The notes below the pieces were generated by a model that made no database searches, was not told the origin of the DNA, and was given only the letters and a program-made list of their open reading frames with translations. Positions 30,661 to 40,299 of a stretch of 64,000 nt of DNA are shown in pieces. The stretch is from Candidatus Nitrospinota bacterium M3_3B_026. GTDB taxonomy: Bacteria; Nitrospinota_A; UBA7883; JBPRGF01. The translations under genes and the position numbers were made by a program. Within the stretch, counting starts at the first letter, position 1. Every line of letters begins with the position of its first letter. The DNA is taken from NCBI GenBank assembly GCA_051418015.1, contig JBPRGF010000017.1, positions 224,001 through 288,000 of the forward strand, given 5' to 3'.

Positions 30661-33600
30661 TCAGGCGGCGGACAGGACCGCCTCTTCCCCCCGTTTTGGC
30701 GCAAGGCTGACCGAGATTATCCGGGAGACGCCCTCCTCCTCCTGGGTAACGCCGTAGAGACGCTCCGCGAAGCTCATCGTCTTCTGGTTGTGGGTGATGA
30801 TTATGAACTGCGTCTTCTCCCGCATCTCCATCAGCATGTCGCGGAAACGGAAGATGTTGGCCTCGTCCAGCGGCGCGTCCACCTCGTCGAGCAGGCAGAA
30901 AGGGCTGGGCTTGGCGAGGAACACCGCGAAAAGAAGGGCTATCGCCGTCATGGCCTTCTCCCCCGCCGACAGCAGGTTCAGGTTCTGCACCTTCTTGCCG
31001 GGCGGCTGGACCAGCACCTCCAGGCCGGGCTCGGGCTTGCCTTCTTCCTCCACAAGCCGCATCTCGGCGTGGCCGCCGCCAAAAAGCCTCCTGAACACCA
31101 TCTCGAAGTTCCTGGAGACCGTCTCGAAGGTCTTGTTGAACATGCTCCTGGTCGTGGCGTTTATGTTGTCTATGGTCTTGCGCAGGTGGTTGATGGACGC
31201 CGTGAGGTCCTCGCTCTGCTTCTTCATGAACTCGTAGCGCTCGTTGACCTCCTCGAATTCCTCCAGGGCGCTCATGTTCACATCGCCCATGCGCCCAAGC
31301 TCGCCCCGCAGGAACGAAAGCCTCTGGCGTGTCTGCTCCACGTCCACGTCCGACGTGTCGAAGCCAAAAAGGTCCTCGGCGGGGATGTTGAACTCGTCGT
31401 CGGCTTTCTCGATCACGTTCTCCACCCGCATCTGCAGCTCGGACTTCCTGACGGCCAGCTCGGAGACGCGGCTCCGCGCCTCCTCCAGCTCGTCCCGCAA
31501 CCGCCTGGCCTCCCCATCCAGCTCCTTTCTCTTCCCGGCCTGCGCCTCAAGCGTCTCGGAAAGCTCAACGACGCGGGAGGAGACTTCTTCCTTCCGGCGC
31601 GCAAGCTCCACATTCTCCCTTGCCAGAGAGTCCATCGTCCCCCGTATCTCCTCCCGGCGGCGGCCGTAGTCCTGTATAGAGTCTTTCAACCTCTGGACGC
31701 GGGTCAGAAGCTCCGCCTTCGCCCCCTCCTGCCGCTTCATGTCGAGCCGCAGGTTCTCGAGCCTGCCGCGCCTCTCCGCCAGCGCCACCTCCTCCTCCCG
31801 GACGCCTCCCATGGCCTGCTCGAGACGGGCGCCCAGCCGCTCGGTCTCTTCACCGAGCCTCGCGGCTTCCTCGTCGAGCGCCGCCTTGCGTTCCGTAAGG
31901 GTGGAAAGCTCCTCCGTCAGCCCGACGGACTCAGCGGCGAACCGCTCCTTGTCCGCGGCGGCCATCCGCGCTTCCTCGCTCAACGCCTCGAGCCGGGAGC
32001 GCCCGGAGGCTATCGCCTCCTGTTTTCTGTCTATCTCCCTGGAAAGGTCCAGCGCCTCCATCTCCAGCCGCCGCAATCGCTCCGAGGACTCGGCCAGCCT
32101 GTCCCGCTCCGTCTTCACGGACTCGGCCAGGGACGCGCGCCTCCCTTCCACCTCCGCGCGCTCTCGCTCCATCTGTTGCACGGAGACGGCCAGATCCTCT
32201 ATCATCCTTTTTCTGGCCACGATGTCCGCCCCATGCCCGGCCCCAGCCGACCCGGCGGTCACCAGCCCTTCGGCGTCGATCATGTCCCCATCCACGGTCA
32301 CCACGTGGCAGGCGCCGGGCGCGCTCCGCCATATCTCCATGGCGCCCTGAAGATCCCGGGCTATCAGCGTCCTTTCCAGCAACAGGACTACGCCACGGGG
32401 GGCCCCGGGCGGGAGGCTGAAGACATCAGAGGCTCTGCCGACAAGGGACGGATGGTCCACGCTGCCCAGCGGCGCGGCGGGCGCGGGCGCGAGGTCGGCG
32501 GGAAAAAGCCCCGCCCTGCCCATGTTCTCCTCTTTCATCAGCCGGGCGGCGGCCAGGGAGTTTTCGGAGTTGTCCATTATGACGGCCTCCAGGCGGGAGC
32601 CAAGGGCGGCGGCCAGCGCCGCCTCCATCCCCTCCGGCGCGCGGACGCCGTCGGCCAGCAGGCCTTTCACCCCGCGGGCCTCCCCGGCGCCTTCCTCTTT
32701 TCTTTTCATCAGGCCCCGAACGCCCGCGCCGAACCCCTCCAGGTTCCTGTCCAGGTCCTGGAGCGATTCCCTGCGGGATACGAGCTTGGTGATCTGTCCC
32801 TCAAGCTTTTTCAGCTCCTCCTCAACGGCCTCGAGGGCGTCCTCCCCCATGTCGAGGCTGGCTTTTATCTCCGCGTTCTCCTCGCGGGCGCGCCCGGCGC
32901 CGAGGTTTTTCTCATCCAGCCCCCGCCTCAGATCCTCCAGATCCTCTTCCATCGCGGCGACCTCCCGGAACAGCTCGTCCTCACGGCCGCTGAGGGAGTT
33001 TATCTTCTCCTCGGTCATCTCGAGCCTCGCGGAGAGAGAGGACTGCGCGTCGCGGGCCGAGGATATCCGCTCCAGCGCCGCCATGGCCTCGCGCCCGGCG
33101 GCGGCGCTCTTCTCTTTCAGCCCGGCCAGCTCGCGGCGGAGGTCCTCGCTTTGTTCCTTGAGTCCGGCGAGCCTGCTCTCGTCGGCCTCGATCCCGGAGG
33201 CCAGCCGCTCCATATCCGCGCCCCTCCCGGCGATGAGCTCGTCGAGGCGGACTATCTCACTCTCGGTCTGCTCTATCTCCTCGCCAGCCCTCTCGCCGGA
33301 GACGGAAAGCTCCTCCAGCTGCCGCGCCAGAAGCTCACGGTGGCTCTCGTTGCGCTCCAGCGCGGCGGACAGCCGGGAGCGCTCCTCCCTGAGCCCGGCG
33401 AGGACGCCCTCCATCTTTTCGATCTCGGCGCCGAGGGTCTCCATCTCGTTGCGGCGGGTTGAAAGGGCGGCGGCGAGACCGGCCTCCTTCTCCTCCGCCT
33501 CCTCGCTCTCGGCGGCCACACGCTCGAGCCTCCCGGCTTTCTCCTGGGCCTCCACGGCGTAGTGGGCCATGGCGCGGTTTTTTATCTCCGTCCTGTAGGA

Positions 33601-34260
33601 CTTGTAGCGCTCTGCCTTTTTCGCCTGCCGGTTCAACGAGTTGCGCTGCCGCTCAAGCTCACCGAGGATGTCCTGGACGCGCAAAAGGTTCTGCTGGCTG
33701 GCCTCCAGCTTGTTCATGGCCGCGTTGCGCCGGTTCTTGTATTTCATCACCCCGGCGGCCTCTTCTATTATGAAACGGCGCTCCTCGGGCTTGGAGTTGA
33801 CTATCCTGGTCACCTGCCCCTGCTCGATTATGGAGAAGGCGCGGGCGCTCACCCCCGTGTCCAAAAAGACATCCACCACGTCCTTGAGCCTGCAGGGAAC
33901 GCCGTTTATGTAGTATTCCGACTCGCCGGTGCGGTAAAGCTTCCTGCCGACGGTGATCTCCTCGTACTCGGAGTAAGGATGGGCCGTTATCGATCCGTCG
34001 GCGTTGGAGATGGTGATATAGACTTCGGCGAAGGCGGAGGGTTTTCGCCCGGCCGCGCCGTTGAATATGAAATCCTCCATCCTGACGCCGCGCATGAGCC
34101 TGGCCGACTGCTCCCCCAGAACCCACCTCAGGGCGTCGGCGATGTTGCTCTTGCCGCAGCCGTTAGGGCCGACAACGGCGGTCACGCCGGGCTCGAACTC
34201 CATCTTCGTCTCGTCGACGAAGGACTTGAAACCGCGCATGGTGATGCTTTTGAAATACAT
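30661..34260 (-). CDS. smc: Chromosome segregation protein SMC
   Basis: GFKSF, GPNGCGKSN, coiled coils with hinge, LSAGEK, LLDEVDAPLD, ITH. Confidence 0.98.
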   Translation of the reverse strand: MYFKSITMRGFKSFVDETKMEFEPGVTAVVGPNGCGKSNIADALRWVLGEQSARLMRGVRMEDFIFNGAAGRKPSAFAEVYITISNADGSITAHPYSEYEEITVGRKLYRTGESEYYINGVPCRLKDVVDVFLDTGVSARAFSIIEQGQVTRIVNSKPEERRFIIEEAAGVMKYKNRRNAAMNKLEASQQNLLRVQDILGELERQRNSLNRQAKKAERYKSYRTEIKNRAMAHYAVEAQEKAGRLERVAAESEEAEEKEAGLAAALSTRRNEMETLGAEIEKMEGVLAGLREERSRLSAALERNESHRELLARQLEELSVSGERAGEEIEQTESEIVRLDELIAGRGADMERLASGIEADESRLAGLKEQSEDLRRELAGLKEKSAAAGREAMAALERISSARDAQSSLSARLEMTEEKINSLSGREDELFREVAAMEEDLEDLRRGLDEKNLGAGRAREENAEIKASLDMGEDALEAVEEELKKLEGQITKLVSRRESLQDLDRNLEGFGAGVRGLMKRKEEGAGEARGVKGLLADGVRAPEGMEAALAAALGSRLEAVIMDNSENSLAAARLMKEENMGRAGLFPADLAPAPAAPLGSVDHPSLVGRASDVFSLPPGAPRGVVLLLERTLIARDLQGAMEIWRSAPGACHVVTVDGDMIDAEGLVTAGSAGAGHGADIVARKRMIEDLAVSVQQMERERAEVEGRRASLAESVKTERDRLAESSERLRRLEMEALDLSREIDRKQEAIASGRSRLEALSEEARMAAADKERFAAESVGLTEELSTLTERKAALDEEAARLGEETERLGARLEQAMGGVREEEVALAERRGRLENLRLDMKRQEGAKAELLTRVQRLKDSIQDYGRRREEIRGTMDSLARENVELARRKEEVSSRVVELSETLEAQAGKRKELDGEARRLRDELEEARSRVSELAVRKSELQMRVENVIEKADDEFNIPAEDLFGFDTSDVDVEQTRQRLSFLRGELGRMGDVNMSALEEFEEVNERYEFMKKQSEDLTASINHLRKTIDNINATTRSMFNKTFETVSRNFEMVFRRLFGGGHAEMRLVEEEGKPEPGLEVLVQPPGKKVQNLNLLSAGEKAMTAIALLFAVFLAKPSPFCLLDEVDAPLDEANIFRFRDMLMEMREKTQFIIITHNQKTMSFAERLYGVTQEEEGVSRIISVSLAPKRGEEAVLSAA

Positions 34261-34426
34261 CAGGCTGAACCGTCCTCCCTGAGAAAACACACCCGCCGAG
34301 CACGGCGAAAACAAGCCGCGCCAGACTGTGAAAACCGAGCGGAACCCGTGTCTTGATTCATTTGACCCCGACGGACAAAAACCTTAGAAAACCTACCACG
34401 CCGAAATTTCCTTGTAAAGAGGGAAA

Positions 34427-34474
34427 ATACACCATGTTGGGCCGTAAAAAGGCAGAACATACTATATAATGTGT
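34427..34474. promoter_or_regulatory. Candidate tandem NrdR boxes upstream of smc
   Basis: ATACACCATGTTGGGC (34427) and ATACTATATAATGTGT (34459), 32 bp apart, resembling acaCwAtATaTwGtgt. Confidence 0.5.
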
Positions 34475-34526
34475 ATTCCGGCAAACGCTGAAATATTCGC
34501 CAATATATCTATTCATCTGTATTCAT

Positions 34527-35528
34527 TCAACTTGCGCCATGGGTCCAGCCGAGCCTGCCAAGCTTCAGGGTCTGGCCGGAGGGTTTTGTGGCGGTCACTC
34601 TCGTAGGGCCTTTTTTTATTTTTCCGATGGGCGCGGCGGTTATTTTCCCTTTTTCCACGAGGCTTTGGAGTTTTTTGACTTTTCGCGGAGGGACGGTGAA
34701 AAGAAGCTCGTAGTCCTCTCCGCCGGTCAGGATTCTCCGCCAGGCCCTGTCCCCGCCGAGGCGCGCCATCCTCGCCGCCTGGGCGGAGAGGGGCAGCGAG
34801 CCGAGGCTGATCTCAGCCGCCGCGCCGGAGGCCTTGGCCAGCCTGAAAAGGTCGAGCGCCACGCCGTCGGATACGTCTATCATCGCCGAGGGTATCTTTT
34901 CCGCCGCCAGCAGCTGGCCCCACTCAATCCTCGCCTCGGGCGCGAGGTGGCGTTTCATGAGTCTTTTTTCGCCCCTGGTGTATGTCTTTTTCCTTTCGAG
35001 TAACAGGTCCAGCCCCAGGGCGGAGTCGCCTGGCGTTCCGGTGACATAGACAAAATCCCCCGGCCGCGCGCCCCGGCGGTCCAGCCGCAGGCCCTTTCGC
35101 GTCTCCCCCACGGCGGTGACGGTGACCGATATCCCCCCTTTGGAGCCGGAGACGTTTCCGCCGATCAGCGCCGCGCCGAAGGATGAGAGCGCCGCCCTGA
35201 AGCCTTTCAGGAAGGAGTCGACCCATTTTCCCTCCACGCGCCGGGGGATGTTAATCGAAAGAAGGGCGAACCGCGGGCAGCCTCCCATGGCGGCTATGTC
35301 GGAGAAGCTGACGGACGCCGCCTTCGCCCCGATCAGACGCGGAGACGAAAACTCCCTCCGGAAATGTATCCCCTCCATCAGCGTGTCGGTGGTCAGCAAC
35401 AGGTCGTGGCCCGGCGCGGGCCTTATCGCCGCGCAGTCATCGCCTATTCCAAGGAGCAGATCCCGCGCGTCCTGTGGAAAAAGTTTTTGGATCAGCGATA
35501 TGAGCTGTGTCTCGTCCATTCCCGTCAC
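34527..35528 (-). CDS. thiL: Thiamine-monophosphate kinase
   Basis: GIGDDCA, TTDTLMEGIHF, SDIAAMGG, IDVSDG, GGEDYELLFT. Confidence 0.97.
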   Translation of the reverse strand: MTGMDETQLISLIQKLFPQDARDLLLGIGDDCAAIRPAPGHDLLLTTDTLMEGIHFRREFSSPRLIGAKAASVSFSDIAAMGGCPRFALLSINIPRRVEGKWVDSFLKGFRAALSSFGAALIGGNVSGSKGGISVTVTAVGETRKGLRLDRRGARPGDFVYVTGTPGDSALGLDLLLERKKTYTRGEKRLMKRHLAPEARIEWGQLLAAEKIPSAMIDVSDGVALDLFRLAKASGAAAEISLGSLPLSAQAARMARLGGDRAWRRILTGGEDYELLFTVPPRKVKKLQSLVEKGKITAAPIGKIKKGPTRVTATKPSGQTLKLGRLGWTHGAS

Positions 35529-35605
35529 CGTGCTCAGTCTATCACCCGGCGGGACTTTTTGAGGGTAAAGCCCGGAGCCTGCGTAAGGCCGAGACAGTCA
35601 AAAGA

Positions 35606-35691
35606 CCCCTCTCCCTTGGAGGGGGGATTAAGGGGAGGGGGTAAAATAAACATCACCCCCACCTTGATTCTCCCCCGGCGAGGGGGGCAGG
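35606..35691. repeat. REP-like G/C-run palindromic intergenic element (single copy in window)
   Basis: CCCCTCTCCC..GGGGGGATTAAGGGGAGGGGGT-spacer-CACCCCCACCTTGATTCTCCCCC..GGGGGGCAGG: two small hairpins inside a larger imperfect inverted repeat. Confidence 0.5.
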
Positions 35692-35798
35692 AAAAACCTC
35701 CACGGCCCGGCTCGCGCCTCGTCCTCCCTCCTTGGCAAGAAGCGCAAAGGGACTTGCAACCTCGAGGCGCCGCCCGCCTTCAAACGCCGCGGCGGACG

Positions 35799-36224
35799 TT
35801 ACTTGCAGGCGTTTCGGTAGCCCGCCTCGCAGGCCTTTTTGTAGTTCATCCTGGCCTTTCCCATCCGGCCCATGATCTCGTGGGTCTGGGCGCGGATAAA
35901 GTAGGCCTCCCCCAGGCCCGGGTCCAGCTCTACGGCCTTGTCCAGGTCGGTCATGGCGTCGTCTATGTTCCCCAAGTCCTTTTTGGCCTTTCCGCGCAGG
36001 GCGTAAGCCTTGGCCATCTCCGGGTATTGTTTTATGGCCTCGGTGGAAAGCTCCACGCACTTGGCGTAGTCCGCGCTGCCGTAGGCCGATCTGGCGTCAC
36101 GATATGTCCTCTCCGCCTTCTCCTTGGCTATGTCGGAGCCCCCGAGCCATCCCCCCAGGTCGAGAGCGTATGAACTTTGCGCCGCGGCCGCCATCATGAT
36201 GATAAAGGCGCCCAGAATTCTCAT
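35799..36224 (-). CDS. Exported tetratricopeptide repeat protein
   Basis: Signal peptide; AYALRGKA..LG...AMTDLDKAVELDP..GEAYFIRA. Confidence 0.88.
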   Translation of the reverse strand: MRILGAFIIMMAAAAQSSYALDLGGWLGGSDIAKEKAERTYRDARSAYGSADYAKCVELSTEAIKQYPEMAKAYALRGKAKKDLGNIDDAMTDLDKAVELDPGLGEAYFIRAQTHEIMGRMGKARMNYKKACEAGYRNACK

Positions 36225-36311
36225 GCTTTGTGCTCTCCCTCCTTGCGATTTATTAAGTTGTGTATTTTATCACGCAATATCCGGCGGCGTCACACCGTTG
36301 CCGGGCGGCCT

Positions 36312-39242
36312 TCAGCCCGTCTTGAGCCGCCGCATGGCCTCCCGGATCGCCTTTTTCTCCGTTTCCGAGGTCTGGAGCCTCATGGCGCGCCGGTAGAGCC
36401 TTTCGGCCTTCTCCGGCTCGTCCAGGAGGGTGGCGTAGAGCCCGGCCAGGTTCACCAGCGCAAGGAAGTAGTCCTTGTCCAGCCGGACGGCCCGCTCCAG
36501 CTCGGCCCTCGCCTCGAGGACCCTGTTGACCCGCGCCAGGAAAACTCCTTTCAGGAAACTGAGCTGCGGCGAAAAGAGCCCGTCCCTGTCCATTCTCTCC
36601 GTGTCCTCGAGCATTCTGAGCCCCAGCGCGGCGTCGCTTTTCGACAGGACGGAGTAGAGGATGGAGAGGTTCAGCGAAAGGTAGGCGTACCTTGCGTTGG
36701 AGTTGTCCTGATTTATCCTCAAGGCGCGCCCGTAGTATGACGCCGCGCCGCGCCTGTCGCCGTCGCTCCTTGCGATCTGTCCCTTGAGATAGAGCCTCTC
36801 GGACTCGAAGTATTTTTCGAACAGCGCCGCCTCCTCCGCGGGAAAACCTATGGGCGGCGGCTGCCTGTGCTCGAGCAGCGCCTCGAGGTTCCTGCCTTTT
36901 ATCTCGACCCCGCGGGTGTGGACCTTTGGGGCGGAAAACTCCACCACCGGCCTGTCGTCGCGCAGGGGCGCCGCGCCCTTCACGAAATCCATGAGCGCGC
37001 CGCGGCCCATCATGTAGCTCGCCGCCAGCTGGTACTCGTTCTGGACGCCTATCTCCTCAAGGCTTTGCGCCACCTCCGGTCTTTTCATCCCTCGCCGGAC
37101 AAGACCCATATCCAGTGGGACAGGGCCGGGCGAGCCTATCATGATCGCGTCCCATTTCGTGTACCACATGCTGGCATGGGGAAACGCCTCCACAAAAGAG
37201 GCCACCAGCATCTTAAAATCCCTCTCCGAGAGGTGATGCAACGGTATCCACTGGGAGACCAGCCCGCCTTTGCGGAGCCTCCTTTTCATCAGCTCGTAAT
37301 ATTCCACCGTGTAAAGGCTCACCACGCCAGCGTTTGATGGAGGAGGAGGCTCGGATGTTATAAAATCGAATTTTCTCCTGGTAGTGAGCAAAAAATTCCT
37401 GCCGTCCTCCTCCACCACCTTCAGCCTCGGCGAGTTCATGACGTCGAAGTTGCCATCGGCGAAATAGGGCCCGGCGTTGAAAACCTCCCTGGATATGTCC
37501 ACCGCCGTCACGCTCTCCAGCCCGTGGACGAGCGCCGCGCCGGCGGTGGAGCCGGTGCCGAAGCAGATCACGAGGGCGTCTTTCGCGCCGGGACGCAGAA
37601 GGAGCGGGATGTGAGCCTGGAGCCTCTCGAGCTGCAGGGCCTCCCGGAAAACCCCGGCTATGGGGTCGCCGTTTATCCAGATACGCTTGATGGGTTTGCG
37701 CCCGACGGTCAGGTCCGACGCCCGGTTGGAGACCAGCACCGTGGCCGAAGGTCCCTCCTGGTAAAACTCCGTCCGGCTGCCCGCCTCGAGCTTCCTGACG
37801 TTCAGCACCCTGGCCACGTCCCCGGCCCAGGCCAGGGCGGCCGTCATCGGCAGAAAAATCCCCACGGCCGCGGCGAAGGCGGCCTTCATGACCCTGGACG
37901 ATTTAACATATAGAAGGAAAAGGCCGCTGAGGATGGCCAGCCACGCCACGGCAATGACGCTTTTCTGTATCCCGAGCAACGGGATGAGGACGAACCCGGC
38001 GACAAGCGACCCGAGGACGCATCCGGCGATGTTCGCCGCGTAGAGCCTTCCTACGTCCCCCCCTATCCTTTTTCTGGAGGAGACGGCGGCCTCCACCATC
38101 AGGGGAAACCCCCCGCCCATCACGAACGTGGCCGGGAAAACCACCACCAGCGCGAAGACGAAGGCGGAGACCATCGGCTCGCCCCCGGGAGCGATCGCGG
38201 CCAGTCCCCCGGCGCCATCCGCCAGGGCGCCGGAGGGATCCGGCGCCTGCCGGTTGAGGTAAAAACCGGCGAGGGACAGCAGGGCGAAAAAGCCGACCAG
38301 AACCTGGAAAAGGCCGAAAAGCGCCCCGCCGCCGGCCAGCCTGCGGCTTGTGAAACGGGCCATCACGGCGCTGCCCAAGCCTATCCCAAGAAGGAAGATA
38401 GCAAGTATCAGGGTGAAGGCATAGACAGAGTTGTTCAGGAGCAGTATCAACAGCCTGGTCCACAACACCTCCAGCGAAAGCGCGCAGAAACCGGAGACAC
38501 CGAAAAGAACCAGCAGGAGGGTCTCCATCCCGGTATGAGGGTCATCGGGCGCGGTCTCACGGCGTTTTCCCTTGATCCCGCCCGTCTCCGGGGACGGGGC
38601 GGTTTTCCATCCCGGCTCCTTCGCCGTCAGCCAGGCCAGCGCTCCCACGGCGATATTGACGGCCGCCCCCGCCCGCAACGCCCCGGTAAGGCCGAGGTGT
38701 TCTATCATCCAGAACCCCGCCGCCACGGCCCCCGCCATGGCCCCCACGGTGTTCACGGCGTACAGCGCTCCCGCGCCCCTGCCGACGCCCCCGCCGCTTT
38801 CCACGAAGAAACGGGCCAGCGCGGGCAAGGTGCCGCCCATCAGGGTCGTGGGGACGGCGAGCGCCAGGACGGCCAGGGTCAGCCTGAGAAGTATCACGTA
38901 GACGGAGACACCCTCGTAGCCGGGATGCAGGAAGGTGTAGGCTTCCTCCAGCGCCACGAGCGTGAATGGGAACGCCAGGACGTAGGCGCCGAGCGCTATC
39001 TCCAACGCGGCGTAGAGCCTGACCGGCGACGCGCCCCTGTCGATCATGCGCCCGAAAAGCGCCGCTCCCACCCCCAGGCCGCCCATGAAGGCGACGAGGA
39101 CGGCGCTCACGGCGTAGACACTGACGCCGAGCAGGAGGGACAGCTGTCTTGTCCAGACGACTTCGTAGGCGACGCCGACGGCCCCGGAGAAAAAGAACAG
39201 GAATAAAAGAAGCGGCCGGACGGCCGCCGGCCCGGGGCTCAT
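36312..39242 (-). CDS. Fused membrane (MFS-like) / spermidine synthase-like / TPR protein, copy 1
   Basis: FFSGAVGVAYEVVWTRQL, LMGGTLP, LYAVNTVGA, about 13 TM; ALVICFGTGST, VDIS, EDGRNFL, FDFITSEPP; C-terminal TPRs. Confidence 0.9.
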   Translation of the reverse strand: MSPGPAAVRPLLLFLFFFSGAVGVAYEVVWTRQLSLLLGVSVYAVSAVLVAFMGGLGVGAALFGRMIDRGASPVRLYAALEIALGAYVLAFPFTLVALEEAYTFLHPGYEGVSVYVILLRLTLAVLALAVPTTLMGGTLPALARFFVESGGGVGRGAGALYAVNTVGAMAGAVAAGFWMIEHLGLTGALRAGAAVNIAVGALAWLTAKEPGWKTAPSPETGGIKGKRRETAPDDPHTGMETLLLVLFGVSGFCALSLEVLWTRLLILLLNNSVYAFTLILAIFLLGIGLGSAVMARFTSRRLAGGGALFGLFQVLVGFFALLSLAGFYLNRQAPDPSGALADGAGGLAAIAPGGEPMVSAFVFALVVVFPATFVMGGGFPLMVEAAVSSRKRIGGDVGRLYAANIAGCVLGSLVAGFVLIPLLGIQKSVIAVAWLAILSGLFLLYVKSSRVMKAAFAAAVGIFLPMTAALAWAGDVARVLNVRKLEAGSRTEFYQEGPSATVLVSNRASDLTVGRKPIKRIWINGDPIAGVFREALQLERLQAHIPLLLRPGAKDALVICFGTGSTAGAALVHGLESVTAVDISREVFNAGPYFADGNFDVMNSPRLKVVEEDGRNFLLTTRRKFDFITSEPPPPSNAGVVSLYTVEYYELMKRRLRKGGLVSQWIPLHHLSERDFKMLVASFVEAFPHASMWYTKWDAIMIGSPGPVPLDMGLVRRGMKRPEVAQSLEEIGVQNEYQLAASYMMGRGALMDFVKGAAPLRDDRPVVEFSAPKVHTRGVEIKGRNLEALLEHRQPPPIGFPAEEAALFEKYFESERLYLKGQIARSDGDRRGAASYYGRALRINQDNSNARYAYLSLNLSILYSVLSKSDAALGLRMLEDTERMDRDGLFSPQLSFLKGVFLARVNRVLEARAELERAVRLDKDYFLALVNLAGLYATLLDEPEKAERLYRRAMRLQTSETEKKAIREAMRRLKTG

Positions 39243-40282
39243 TTAAGCAGTTCTTTCGGCGGCTTGAACTTTACCTTCATTTTGCTTTCGACCTCCCCGG
39301 CCAGGCCCACGTCCAGCATCCCAAGCTTACCAACGGCCCCTTCGGTAAACCAGACGTTCCCATCACCATCCACCGCCAGAGAGTTGGGCCGGGAGCCTCC
39401 GGTAGGCACGTTGAAGCTCTGGAAAGAGGCGGTGGACGAGTTAAACCGGACAAGCCTGTTATCCGTGGACTGGACGAGCCATATGTTGTCCTTGCCGTCT
39501 ATGGCCATCTGCTGGGTACCCTTGTTCCTGGGGAGCTGAAACTCTTTCGTGGCCTCCGTGGCGGGATCAAACCGGACCAGCTTGTTGTCCACCAGTTTCA
39601 TGTACCAGGCACGGCCCTTGGAGTCTATCACCGTCCCTATGGCGGACTGGATGTGGTCGGCTATCTTCCATTCCCTGAACCGGCCGGTGGACGGGTCGAA
39701 CCGCGTCAGCTTGTTCCCGGCGCGCTGGATGAACCACAGGCGCCCATCGGCGTCCTCGGCCAGGTCGTAGGAGTTGCTTTTCGGCGTGGGAATTTTGTGC
39801 GTCTTGAACTCCCCGGAGGCGGGGTCGAACTCCACGAGAAAGTCCGTATTCCACCCCAGGGTCCATATCCCTCCGCCGGCGGCGGCGAGGATAGAGACCG
39901 GCTCGACCTTCAGCCGTGGGATGATGTACTCCTTGAAGCTCTTCGTCTCCGGGTCGAACCGGCCGAGGGCGTTCGTGTCCCTCTCGGTGAACCAGACCAC
40001 CCCGTCCCGGGCCACCGCTATATTCATCGAGTCGCTCTTGGCGGAGGGGATGGGATGCTCCTCCAGCTTCTCCGTTTCGGGGTTGAAGCTGGTCAACAGG
40101 TTGGCGCGATACTGCAGGAACCAGACTACGCCGTCGTCCGCCACGGCGACGCCGGTGGGGAAGGAGTCCTCGGCGCCAAGCTGCCTTTCCGTGAAAAGGT
40201 CTTCGTTGCTTATCCCCCAGGCCCCTCCGGCCAGGGACAGAACCGCAATGACGGCCGCCAGAAGACTTTTCCCCCCATTCAT
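39239..40282 (-). CDS. Exported Vgb (streptogramin lyase)-like beta-propeller protein
   Basis: Signal peptide; about 7 repeats of AV..DG.VWF......L.RFDP. Confidence 0.85.
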   Translation of the reverse strand: MNGGKSLLAAVIAVLSLAGGAWGISNEDLFTERQLGAEDSFPTGVAVADDGVVWFLQYRANLLTSFNPETEKLEEHPIPSAKSDSMNIAVARDGVVWFTERDTNALGRFDPETKSFKEYIIPRLKVEPVSILAAAGGGIWTLGWNTDFLVEFDPASGEFKTHKIPTPKSNSYDLAEDADGRLWFIQRAGNKLTRFDPSTGRFREWKIADHIQSAIGTVIDSKGRAWYMKLVDNKLVRFDPATEATKEFQLPRNKGTQQMAIDGKDNIWLVQSTDNRLVRFNSSTASFQSFNVPTGGSRPNSLAVDGDGNVWFTEGAVGKLGMLDVGLAGEVESKMKVKFKPPKELLK

Positions 40283-40299
40283 GCCGCGATACTCCTCTA

